A stretch of 64,000 nucleotides of DNA from Dicyema japonicum (taxonomy: Eukaryota > Animalia > Dicyemida), in assembly GCA_011109175.1 (NCBI GenBank), contig RDEW01000005.1:616335-680334 (forward strand), written 5' to 3'. The notes beneath the pieces are model-generated. The model was given only the letters and a program-made list of their open reading frames with translations, was not told the origin of the DNA and did no database searches. Positions 1 to 11,500 of the stretch are shown piece by piece. Numbering within the stretch: position 1 is the first letter of the stretch; the number at the start of each line of letters is the position of its first letter. The position numbers and the translations under genes are program-made.

Positions 1-590
1 ACTGGGAGTGTAGTTTGCTTCCAATTAGCATCGTCGAATTTGACATTAAATATTTTCTCCGTCGAACTGAGGAAAAACAAATCAAAGTGCTCAAGCTGCT
101 CCAGTCGGGAATAGTACAGGGCTGTCCTGAGTAAATAGGCGATTCTCAGAATGTTAAGACTTCTTTTCATGAGGAATAGTAGTGAATGTGAGTCAAGAAG
201 CTGTAATCTGTCTAGCGATTCGCATAGGAGTTGTTTTTTGTCAAGGAGGACATGCTTCATCACATTCCAAGTGATTGGGTATCCAAGAAAAATCAATTTG
301 TTTTCAGTGGTCGAAATCCCACCAAAAAACAAGGAGTAAAATTTTGGAACAATTGAAGAAAAGTCATCGTCAGCAAAACCACAGTTTGTTATTTCACATT
401 TCGTTGTATTTAATTAAGACCCACCTTGGACAACGCGAAAAGATCATTTTCCGGGAGATCTTTTAAGACAGTGTCATCGAGGTACCAGATGTTGAATGGG
501 CATCGAGAGAGTTTCGTAATCCTCTCAATTCCGAGGGAGAACAGCAGTGGTCCGAGGGGGTCGACCTGTTGAACACCTAGGACGATGGAA
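1..590 (-). mobile_element. CRE-clade (RLE-type) non-LTR retrotransposon, degraded reverse transcriptase fragment
   Basis: Minus-strand translation gives GVQQVDPLGPLLFSLGIERITKLSRCPFNIWYLDD and, downstream, LRIAYLLRTA...FDLFFLSSTEKIFNVKFDDANWKQTTLP. These match the GVQQGDPLGPLLF / WYLDD / W.QA.LP motifs of CRE RTs. Contains stops and frameshifts; runs off the window start. Confidence 0.8.
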
Positions 591-684
591 ATATGAAATC
601 CCTATTAAAGTAAACCTGAATAATTTAGCTAACGTGATTCTAAAATATTGATTTACCATTTAAAGGTATTCTGGGTTCACCGTC

Positions 685-1627
685 AAAGAATGACAAAGAA
701 AATAACTATTAAGTGATCTCAGTTTCTGAAATCATGACATCCAGAGTCTATGGTTCTTCCAAAATTAGATGTATAATTATTAAATTTTATAAATAATTGT
801 TAATCCCCAAAATTCTGAAGTTCATATCTTCCCCTGAAAACGATTTACTCGAAAACGCTCACTTGATATTTCATATCGCCCACTTTGAGAAACTCTGATG
901 TATAATTATACTTTATTTGATTCTATGATTGTTTTCAATATTAATATTTTTAATTGCCAACATTTTTATTGGCATTAATATTAATTTGTAAATTTACTGG
1001 ACACAAACTTTCTAAAATCAGAGCTTCCTATCTTAGCTTCCAAAGATAAATTAGGTGTCGTAAACATATACCGTGAACATAGTCCGTCTCTAAGTATAAT
1101 TATATTAGATATCTCTATGTCTGGAGTACAGGACTCCTGCATGTTATTATAGCAGAGTTAAGTATTTAATTTAAGTAGATAATTTGGATTATTAATTTTC
1201 CCTGCCAAAGAAAATTGCCTAAAGCAATAATCACTAATAATATAAAACCATCGAATTTGATAAAATGTAGTGCTACTTTTTATTTTGAATATAATTCTTT
1301 CCCTACAATGTACATAACAATATAACTTTAGATGAACAAGAAGTCACTGTTAATGGTCCAAAATTACAGGGAAAAATAAAGTACCCACAGCTGATTGTTT
1401 TTAAAACAAATTCTAAAACTAACAAATGCAGATAATTTGGAGGAAGTAGTTTTGTTTAGCTTTGTTAATCGTTAAACATTTGATGAAGTATTCTCATGCT
1501 TCAATCGAATTTTCTGTGGTTTAATTGAATATTAACTTTAAGAAAATATTCTGCATTCAATGACTTCCCCATTTATTGATTAGAAGGCCTTAGCAGATGT
1601 TGAGCAACCACAGGGGCAGTGATAACC
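685..1627. repeat. ~0.94-kb segmental duplication, paralogue at 13355-14298
   Basis: Near-identical sequence from aaagaatgacaaagaaaa to gcagtgataacc at both loci. Confidence 0.9.
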
Positions 1628-2311
1628 TTGGTTGCCAGAAATGATTTGTTCTATATTTTCCAATTGCATTGCATAAAACATCTAGTATGAAGGTACCATA
1701 GGATTTACAATCATATCCACACTTTGCGATTGCTGTATTTTCTGGACATATGGCTGTTGAGATTTTGTGTTTTCCTTTAATTCCTGGGCCATCAACAACG
1801 AGTTCTTGTTCATCTAAAGTAAATATTGTTATGTATATTGTAGAGGATTATATTCAAAATAGTAAATAGCATTAAATTTGATAGTCTTTTATTTTTAATG
1901 ATTATTGTTTTAGGAATTTTCGTAGGTAGATAAAAATTGATTAATAAAAATATCTACTTTAAATTTGATTATAATGTTAACTACATCTACAAAGTTTGCA
2001 AAAATCATAAAACATGCTCCCAAGTCAGGGTACGTGATCCTCCACTTTCACATGAGTCCTAGTGCTTCAGGGAAAACGAGATCGAGAACTACAATTTCAA
2101 CAATATATTAACTCTGTTTAGATAATATGCATGAGATTACAAGTCTAACCATAAAATTAACAATTCTCAAGTCATCAAATGTGCATTTTGAGATTATTTT
2201 TATTCATTATTTTAATTTTAGAATGAATTGTTTTTTATTTTTTTTATTTTTAAGTTAATTTAAATTTAATTATAAAAATAATTTTAACCACAAATAAATA
2301 AAAATAAATAA

Positions 2312-3687
2312 ATGTTTTTCTTGCTATCGCTATTCGGTTTCATTCACCTCGATAACAAGTAAACATATTAAATTAAGCTTTTATAAAGAATTCCAGTTTT
2401 TGAAATAAACTTGGATGAATCTCCAAGGGAAAGATGGAAAGAATTGCTTCTTGCAAAGAGAGAAGGGGTAACACTAAGATTCCGAATTTAGATTCTGACA
2501 CTCAAGCATTATACAGATTATTTGATTTCATCAATTCCTCTAGTCGGAAGTCCAATATTAAGATTCATTGATGATTTTCAAGTAATTAGAATACAATATT
2601 TGAGCCTCCTTTAGAGAGACTTCCTAATGATTACGGACAAGAAATTTACTGGGGGAGTGAGCATATTGGAATTAGTCCTGGTGTATCTTAAGTGATAAAT
2701 AAAGGATACTTATTCCTTTTGAATTCACTGGTGGAGTTGTCGACATTTTGTACTTCACTGGTGGCTGAGGATACCAACGGAGGTTTCCGTGAATTTCCTT
2801 ATTATTAGAACTGTTCTTTGCTAGAAACCTCGATTTTGGGTTTTGGGGTGCTCTCAGTTTGTAGTTTAATGTATAATTCCAAAACGCACGTGTTTCCTAT
2901 TACTGATCTTATAAAGAACATCACCGTGATCGCGCACTTTACGAGAAACGGAAAAAAGGCTATACTCGACTGTAACTCCCGCTGGTTTTTTCGGAGTAAT
3001 CACCGGATTTAAACCTGTCTGCTGTGAATATTATTTTTAGGGAAAATTTGCTTTATCGATTAATCAACGAGTGGAGACTTATAGCCAATTACCCGGAATA
3101 TGGGGTACGACGTATGTCAACATTAGATTTGTACACGTGGGTAAAGCATAAGCTCGATCAAAGACAATTTAGTACCCATCTTCTAAGGGAGGTTTTGGAT
3201 ACCTGTGATACCTTCGATCAGGTTGTAGAAATACTCAGGGATACACAGTCATAGTTCCTTGTTACTTTATCGTGGGATCCGTCAATTCTTCGCAGGTTAT
3301 TTCGTTCGTTAACTTAGGGGGTTGTGATTACAAAGAGAAGGAATAGAAGTGAAATTTGGATGATGGATGACGACACTAACATTGGACGTCCCTGGTTTAT
3401 TTTACAGACCAACTACGATCATGATCAGCCTCCTTCATTCTTTGACGACAGAAGATACAAGGGGTACGAATACATGCTGAATTTGACTCAAAGTGTAACC
3501 TGTTCGTTATATTAAGAATGTTGGGATTGATAATTTGATGGATTTGATGAGCAGGAAACCTTTGAGGAATAAAGTAATCGTTCTTTAATGTTAGCTTACA
3601 ATATATTCCTTTATCGTGAATATTGGGAGTGGAGAAATTCAGAGGAAACTCCAGGATTGCAATGATGATGACTGTCCTCTCTATTAG
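2312..3687 (+). CDS. ASAH1: Acid ceramidase (ASAH1/NAAA, Ntn-hydrolase) with 11 GT-AG introns of 21-30 nt and two apparent 1-nt frameshifts
   Basis: Spliced translation MFFLLSLFGFIHLDNKIPVFEINLDESPRERWKELL...FCTSLVAEDTNGELFFARNLDFG...GFFGVITGFKPGKFALSINQR...WFILQTNYDHDQPPSFFDDRR...DCNDDDCPLY* has the catalytic CTS start of the beta subunit plus the RNxDFG, TGxKPG and QTNYD/DDRR motifs. Introns: 2359-2388, 2468-2491, 2582-2604, 2681-2704, 2783-2808, 2840-2864, 3017-3040, 3105-3126, 3296-3317, 3495-3516, 3574-3594. Frame slips near 2955 (A run) and 3247. Confidence 0.9.
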
Positions 3688-3764
3688 TCCTTTAGTCTTA
3701 TGATTTTTGGTTTGATTTATTCGGTTGTTACTCTGTGTTTATTATTCATGGGAGAGTAGGCTTC

Positions 3765-5245
3765 TTACTGTGTTATCAAGTACACGTCATTGGTGTGACT
3801 TGCGGTTTCTATAACATCCATATATACAAAATTTTTTTCTTCATGGTGAGATATGTCTCCAACATAACCGAAAGTATTTTTTCACACGTGAAAGTGGCTT
3901 ATAGGCTGAAATTTCCGATTACGACTTTAATGTTTCTCTGACTAATTGAGTTAACGAGTATTCACAGACACAACCTCTCTAAGACGAACAAGTCCATGCA
4001 GAGACAGGAGATAGAACCTCCTGAGAAATGAAACAATTTAGTATGGGCGTTAATAGTCCTTGATGTTATTTGTCACTACCCATCAGCTAAGAGAGGTTAT
4101 GAAATTCACAAATAAAAGTGGTAATTAATAGAAAAGCAGAGGCCGGGGGATTACGAGAAATGCGAACTGTCTACTATTCAATCAATAAAATAAAATCATT
4201 GTACAGTTCAAACTGTCCCATTTATAAAAAAGTATCCAAATACATGTTCTACAAGAATTATTGCTGTGGGAACCCCTCTAACAAATAAAACAGTAAGTGG
4301 ATAACAGAAATTACCATTTTATAGTGTTCTAGCAATAGAAGTCTCCTAATAGGCGAATCCCATGACGCATGCTAATTTAGCGAAAAAAAGAAGAGCATAG
4401 GGAAACGAAACTCCGACCAAATAACCAGCGACCTAAGGCATCAGCCTCTTCTATGTAATCAATACTGGAGTTATTAACTTATTTATTTATTTAAAGACAA
4501 ATAATACTGAAAACTTCCTTTTTATGCGTTTACTATATTTGTACCAAGCAATAGCTTATTTACTACTTTCCCAGTGAATAACATTGAAATTCAAAATTCG
4601 TAAAATTAGAGTACATTCAGCCTATTGAAACTGAGCATCTGAAAATCTCGTCTTTGAAAGTTTCGTACAAAGAATAAGATGAGCAAAGCTGCAACAATTC
4701 CACCTATTATTGTACATGAAACTATAAGCAGATTCCTTGAAATATTAAATTCTCCGGGTTCTTCAGAAATTAAAGTTTTGTAGAATTTTACGTAATAACT
4801 GTAAATTTCAACTACAACTCCGTCAAAATTCAATATTTGAATTGAATAATTATAAGCCACGTCAAATTCATAACTCAATTCTACACTTGATTTTTTGTGG
4901 GCTAATTTTAAATTATAGTTACTTTTATTCAGCGGATTATACAACTTGGCGAAATTGACGGTTAACATCCGTTTGTTATAGATGACCCATAATTTTAAAA
5001 ACAGGCAATTTTGCGTCCAAGTGAGAGTGAATGAGTAGTTGCTCAGTAATTGTAAGGTTAATGAAGATTTGGTGAAGTTCACGTGGTTTAGCTGTGATTA
5101 AAGGAATCTCGTACTTTGCCGCCCTGCATATGGTGAATTGCTATTATTCCACAAAATTGTAACAAGGATTGTTCGTTTTTTCTTATATGCCAATTTGGAT
5201 TCTTGTCAGTGATTATATTCATCGTTTTAATATAATCCATAGTGG
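3765..5245 (-). pseudogene. Degenerate membrane-protein gene: beta-rich ectodomain plus several hydrophobic segments, weakly resembling an adhesion/secretin-type 7TM receptor (copies at ~8690-10145 and, N-terminal part only, 17270-18010)
   Basis: ORF 4606-5082 ends in the TM segment LLIVSCTIIGGIVAALLILFFV. Further hydrophobic pieces YALLFFAKLACVMGF, LTVLFVRGVPTAIILV and FAFLVIPRPLLF follow, with in-frame stops. The family assignment is tentative. Confidence 0.4.
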
Positions 5246-5439
5246 AGTCATGCCATATTAATATAACTAAATATAATTTACTTTATTACTTATTATATTA
5301 ATCATTATAATATGACCTATATTTATTTAAATTTATTTTAAAATTAATAATTATTATTATCCATTTAATTATTTTTATACATATTTTTTTATTTTATTTT
5401 TTAAAGTAATTAATTTTTAATTTTAACAATTAACCTCGT

Positions 5440-5710
5440 GGGGACTGTCCATATCTTGGACAAATATGAGGAAAATTGAGGAAGTGCAAAAGAAGGCTTA
5501 CAGAGTGACAAAGCGATGGAATATGAAGATCACGAACCAACCTACGCCTCTGGAAGTCATTATGACACCAGACTTCAGATCACGGTAAGGTGGCCCTGAA
5601 AATTCAAGCAGTACGTTCATGCGCGAACAAAGATGAGGTCTCTGTTAGAATGCATCGGGATCATGTGATAATTAGTTTGTTTTCATCGTGGTCTTTGGTT
5701 AAAAAGATTT
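5440..5710 (+). mobile_element. 3' end of an I/Ingi-like LINE, 5'-truncated; duplicated at ~10350-10637 and ~18720-19013
   Basis: Ends ...QYVHARTKMRSLLECIGIM* (copy at 18.9 kb: EEHRAKMRSLLECIRIM*). This aligns with the EEH..RM..L...GIT* C-terminus of the LINEs at 23088-23622 and 28040-29115 and is followed by an A-rich tail. Confidence 0.65.
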
Positions 5711-5889
5711 TAAAATATTATCCCAACGTGGTTTATATAATATTGGCATATAGTCTCTTAATTTTTAATACATTTGAAATCAAATCGTTATACTAATCTG
5801 CACTTATAGAGATTAAACTATTATAGGCTTACCTAAAATACAATCTACAATATCTTGGAATAGGCGTCGTAGTTTGATTCCAGGTGGTT

Positions 5890-6420
5890 ATATAATATTG
5901 GCAAATACACGTGTTAAGGTTAGTTAAAAAATAAGGTCACAGGGATTCCTTTGATAATGATTCCAAAACAGACCGTGTACCTAATCAAATCCAGCACCAA
6001 TGCTGCGGTGGGAAGGTCCCTGTCGTCAGTTTGGAGAATAAAAGTCGTCCTTGGACTCACAACACAAATACCGTCACAGAAGACCTCAAATTTCTCCGTA
6101 CTTTACAAAGATCTCTGAATCGATCGGCTAAGGATGAACAGAGTCACGGTTGTGAAAACCTGAGTGATTATCAATAATACTTAAATCTGATGGCGTACTC
6201 CCTGAATTGGGGGACCGATAGGCCAAAATTGAAGAAAATATAAAACTGAGTGAAGAGTATAATAGGAATTGTGATTTTGACTATTTGAGGATTGAGCAGA
6301 TTAGATTATTCAGGAATTTGGGTTTCGATAATTCTAGCCTCAATATAATGTTTGGAAGAAGATGAGGGAATATTTCTCGGATAATCTCGGTAGAGTCGTA
6401 AGTAGTAGCGGAAGTTACTG
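5890..6420 (+). pseudogene. Degenerate gene fragment with a C-terminal UBA-like segment; copies at ~10645-11300, ~19020-19580 and 21385-21485
   Basis: Copy at 11084 reads DYLKIEQIRLFRNLGFDNSSLNIMFGRRCGNISRII, resembling the EQI..L..MGF......L....GN pattern of UBA domains. All copies carry stops or frameshifts. Confidence 0.35.
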
Positions 6421-6459
6421 GAATTAAGTAAAGACTACAAAACGAAATGTGACTGTTTT

Positions 6460-8220
6460 GATGACAGTTTTGTCAATTCCTATTTATGGGTTACTGTGGT
6501 ATGGTTTTTTAATATTATTTGAATTTTGTTTTTAAGTCCTTCAGATTTTAACGGAAGTGTTTCAAAGTGCGGTAGAGTGGTATTTCTGTTTTGTGGGCAT
6601 AGTTCATTTATGAGTGGAAAAGTTACCCTGAACCACCTGGACTTTATGTTAAAGTGAAGCGTCTATGAAGCGAGTTATCTTGGCGGCCTTCTTCTAATGG
6701 TTTCTTGTGATAATGAACTGTCTTGGATCAACAACTCTAAGAAAAGGGGAAACATGAGAGTCAGTTTATCACAGATGATTTATTTTATTGCCCACTCATT
6801 ACTGTCACTGACAGTACCTCACTAAAGGTTTTGTAATGTCCTCTCTAAAAGATGTCTGTGATAATCTTTGTGTAAATATGAAGAGTATCACTGAATATCC
6901 TATTGAAGTGTACACCTAGTCTCAAAGTTATTCATACCATCCTTTTACCACCACAATCCTGTCAGAGAAAGGATCGAGACACTGAGATATCAATAGTCAA
7001 AATTGGGAGTACCATTGAGATTGTATATTCATAGTTAACATTTCCTAGTAGAAATCTTTTCTCACTCGGATATTTTAATAAACCTAGAGGTTCTGGTGGG
7101 AGATCTACCTCTACTTGGTTTTGGCGGAACGTAAAAAACCAATCTCATCACTTGCAGGTTAATTGACAAAACCGAATTGTATAATCTGCACTCCTGGAAG
7201 AGTTACTGTCACTTCAAGGTTGGATGGAGAGATCCCATCCACACAGGTGACCTCTCAGACGAGGTATCTAGTTTTCCACAACCTACTTGGTCGGAGAATT
7301 ATCGCCTTTTTGCTTTCGTTATATCCTAGAAAGTGTTATGTGATCCACCTGACATGGGAGACTTCAGTGCATTTCTGACATCCAAAAAGGCTCTTATCTT
7401 CCATACTCAATTGGAGGGGTTCCCATATTGATAGTGATGAACACACATGATGCATTGAATGGATACGTTTCACTTCGACCATATGAACTGAATATATCTT
7501 AATTAGACATTAATCTATAATTGTACTATAATCCACCATAAAGGACTTTGATGGAAAATAAAGATCCTCTCACGATTACAGTTAAGGTGGAGACCAAATC
7601 CAGTTCTCGGTCTTCCTTCGATCTCCCAACCGCCAAAAGTACGACATTATAGCTATCCTCCCTCTAAATGACAATATCCTGACCCACGTGGTCACACAAA
7701 TGGAGTTTACGACATCATTTCATTCACTTTCGAACAAAGATTATCGTTTTTCTCGCTGAGGAAACAGGTTTTTGGGGATGTTTATTCCAGCTCAAACTGA
7801 CTGTACGTGGGGGTGTTTCCTTGGAGATTTGTTACTCTGAAGCGATTCGTGACTCTTCCATGCGAGTCCACGTGCTCGGTAGTGCCAGGTCCCTGGTTGA
7901 GGCTGTGAGGGGAAAGGAATCGTGTTTGGTTCCGGGGGTGAGACTGCATATGATATTCGGTCCCCGAGTGATGTGAAGAATCTTAGCCAACTGTTAGGGA
8001 TGACGAAATCAGTGAAGACCCGTAAAATGGGAGAGGGAGTCCTGAGGAGTTCGTTCAGCAGAAAGACTGTTTTGGGAGTGGCTGTAGCTGTGAAGGATGA
8101 CGAGTTTGGGGTATGGAAGAAGACAAAGTTTTATAAATATATGTTCCTTCAAGATGAGGAGGTTCAGAGTGAATGTAAGCGGAGGAAATTGGAGTGACTT
8201 ATATATTGTGGTTGTTTATA
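6460..8220 (-). pseudogene. Decayed unidentified gene (beta-rich, possibly extracellular), interrupted by a SINE-like insert; paralogue ~11370-13340
   Basis: Open stretches on the minus strand such as DFVFFHTPNSSSFTATATPKTVFLLNEL...SWLRFFTSLGDRISYAV and QVEVDLPPEPLGLLKYPSEKRFLLGNVNYEYTISMVLP are largely shared by the two copies. No family recognised. Confidence 0.25.
7190..7520 (+). mobile_element. SINE-like family A, older copy (also ~12078-12475, ~36130-36505, ~58560-58845; fragments ~26530-26610, 33140-33270 (-), 45125-45260 (-))
   Basis: Shared core atgtgatccacctg...cagtgc...aaaaagg...ctc(a/c)a(t/c)tggaggggtt(c/t)cc. The longer copies share a 3' end (ct..tc.gg..tatcc..ggtt + TA-rich tail) homologous to the TSD-flanked copy at 17660-17985. 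Confidence 0.6.
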
Positions 8221-8224
8221 AGCA

Positions 8225-8585
8225 GATTACGAAGAGAAGGAATAGAAGTAATGTTTGGATGATGGATGACGACACTAACATTGGATGTCCCTAGTTTATT
8301 TTACCGACCAACTACGATCATGATCAGCCTCCTTCATTCTTTGACGACAGAAGATACAAGGGGTACGAATACATGCAGAATTAGACTCAAAGTGTTACCT
8401 GTTCGTTATATTAAGAATGTTGGGATTTATAATTTGATGCATTTGATTAGCAGGAAACCTTTGAAGAATAAAGTAATCGTTCTTTAATGTTATCTTACAA
8501 TATATTCCTTTATCGTGAATATTGGGAGTGGAGAAATTCAGAGGTAACTCCAGGATTGAATGATGATGACTGTCCTCTCCATTAG
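8225..8585 (+). pseudogene. 3'-partial acid ceramidase copy created by the tandem duplication
   Basis: Matches 3326-3687 (ITKRRNRSNVWMMDDDTNIG...DDRRYKGYEYM...), with a premature stop and frameshifts and no 5' exons. Confidence 0.85.
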
Positions 8586-11500
8586 ACCTTTAGTCTTATG
8601 ATTTTTGGTTTGATTCATTCGGTTGTTTCTCTGTGTTTATTATTCATGGGAGAGTATTGGAGAGTAGACTGTGTTGTCAAGAGTAGTCTTCACACGTCAT
8701 TGGTGTGACTTGTGATATTTTTAACATCCATATATACAAATCTTTTTCTTCATGGCGAGATTTGTCCCCAACATAACCGAGAGTATTTTTAATATTTACA
8801 CCTGAAAATTGCTTATAGGCTGAAATTTCCAATTACGACATTTATGTTTCGTTGACTAATTGAGTACACGAGTATTCACCGACACAACCTCTCCAAGACA
8901 ATCAAATCCATGCAGAGACAGGAGAATAGAACCTCCAGAAAATTGACACAATTTAGTATGGGAGTTAATAGTCCTTGATGTTATTCTGTCACTACCCACC
9001 AGCTAAGAGAGGTTATGAGATTCACAAATAAATCTGGTAATTAATAGAATAGTGAAACGCAAACTGTCTGCTATTCAATCAATAAAATAAAATCATTGTA
9101 TATTTCAAACTGTCACATTTATGAAAAAGTATCTAAATACATGTTCTACAAGAATTATTGTTGTGGGAACCCCTCTTACAAATAAAACAGTAAGTGGAGG
9201 ACAGAAATTACCTTTTTATGGTGTTCTAGCAATGGAAGTCTCCTAATAAACAAATCCCATGACACATGCTAATTTAGCGAAAAAAGAAACAGAGCATAGG
9301 TAAACGAACCTCCGACTAAATTACCAGCAACCTAAGGTATCAGCCTCTTTTATTTAATCAATACTGAAGTTATTAACTTATTTTTTTATTTAAAGACAAA
9401 TAACACTGAAAATCTTTCTTTTTATGAGTTTACTATATTTGTACCCTGCAATAGCTTGTTTACTACTTTCTAAGTAAATAACATTGAAATTCAAAGTTAG
9501 TAAAATTAGAGTACATTTTGCCTATTAAAACTGAGCATCTGAAAATTTCGTCTTCTAAGGTATTGTACAAGGAAAAAGATGAGCAAAGCTGCTGCAATTC
9601 CACTTATTGTACATGAAACTATTAGCATATTCCTTGAAATACCAAATTCTCCAGGTTTTTTAGAAATTAAAGTTTTGTAGAATTTTACATAATATTTGTA
9701 AATTTCAACTACAACTCCGTAAAATTCAATAATTGAATTAAATTAGTATAAGCCACGTCAAATTCATAAATCAATTCTACACTTGATCTTTTGTGTGCTA
9801 ATTTTATATTATAGTTACTTTTATTCCGCGGATTATAAAACTTTGCGAAATTGACAGTCAACTTCAGGTCGGTATAGATCAGCCATAATTTTAGAGATAA
9901 GCCATTTTGCTCCCAAGTAAGAGTGAATGAATCATCGCTTAGAAATTTTAATGTTAAGGATGATTTAGTGAAGTTCACGTGGTATAGCTGTGATTAATGG
10001 AATCTCGTACTTTGCCTCCCTGCATATAGTGAATTACTATTATTCCACGTAATTGTAACAAGGATTGTTTGTTTTTTCTAATAAGCCAATTTGGACTCTT
10101 CCCATTGATTATATTCAACGTTTTAATATCATCCATAGTGGAGTTATGGCACAATATTATGACTAAAAATAATTTACTTTATTACATATTATATTAATCA
10201 TTATAAAATGACCTATATTTATTTAAATTTATTATAAAAATAATAATCATTATTATCCATATATTAATTTTTAAACATATTTTTTTATTTTATTTTTTTT
10301 CGGTTTGACAGTAGTCTTTGGATTTATTTTAATGAATTTGAACAATTAACCTCTTGGGTAACTTCGATATCTTAGACAAATATGAGGAAATTGAGGAATT
10401 GCAAAAGAAGGTATACAGAGTGACAAAGCCAATGGAATTATGATTATCACGAACCGAACCTAGGCCTCTGGAAGTCCTTATAAGACCAGACTTCAGATCA
10501 CAGTAAAGTGGCCCTGAAAATTCAGGGTGTACGTTCATGCGCGAACAAAGATGAACTCCCTGTTAGAATGCATCGGGATCACGTGATAATTAGTTTGGTT
10601 ATACCGAGATCTTTGGTTAAATAAATTTAAAAAAATTAGCCCACGTGGTACTGTCACTCGCGTCGCGATTAGATGTGGTTCGATTTTACAGGTCGAAAGC
10701 TTCCTTTCTTTTCTGTACCGGCTAAAATGGACTTCAATGAATACCCCACGTGTTTGTATAACAAACCAACTACCAAAATTACACGTGTTAAGGTAGTTAA
10801 AAAATAAGGTCACAGGCATTCCTTCGTTTGATGATTCCAAAACAGACCGTGTACCTAATCAAATCCAGCACCAATGCCGCGGTGGGGAAGGTCCCTGTCG
10901 TCAGTTTGGAGAATAAAAGTCGTCCTTGGACTCACAACCACAAATACCGTCACAGAAGATCACATATTTCTCCGTACTTTACAAAGATCTCTGAATCTAT
11001 CGGCTAAGGATGAACAGAGTCACGGTTGTGAGAACCTGAGTGATTATCAATAATACGTTAAATCTGATGGTGTACTCCTTGAATTGGAGGACCGATTAGC
11101 CAAAATTGAAGAAAATATAAAACTGAGTGAAGAGTATAATAGGAATTGTGATTTTGACTATTTGAAGATTGAGCAGATTAGATTATTCAGGAATTTGGGT
11201 TTCGATAATTCTAGCCTCAATATAATGTTTGGAAGAAGATGTGGGAATATTTCGCGGATAATCTCGGTAGAGTCGTAAGTATTAGCGGAAGTTACTGGAA
11301 TTAAGTAAAGACTACAAAACGAGAATGTGACTGTTTTGATGACAGTTTTGTCAATACCCATTTATGGGTTACTGTGGTATGGTTTTTTAATATTATTTGA
11401 ATTTCGTTTTTAAGTCCTTCAGATTTTATCGGAAGTGTTTAATAGTGCGGTAGAGTGGTATTTCTGTTTTGTGGGCATAGTTCATTTATGAGTGGAGGAA

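Noticed and set aside
5440-5710. Host gene with a tiny intron (MRKIEEVQKK...)
   Set aside because: The 3' part aligns with the LINE C-terminus and tail found at 18076-18235, 23500-23620 and 29000-29110.
7922-8197. 91-aa plus-strand ORF repeated at 12907-13131
   Set aside because: No recognisable domain. Its conservation is explained by the tandem duplication, and the opposite strand looks more protein-like.
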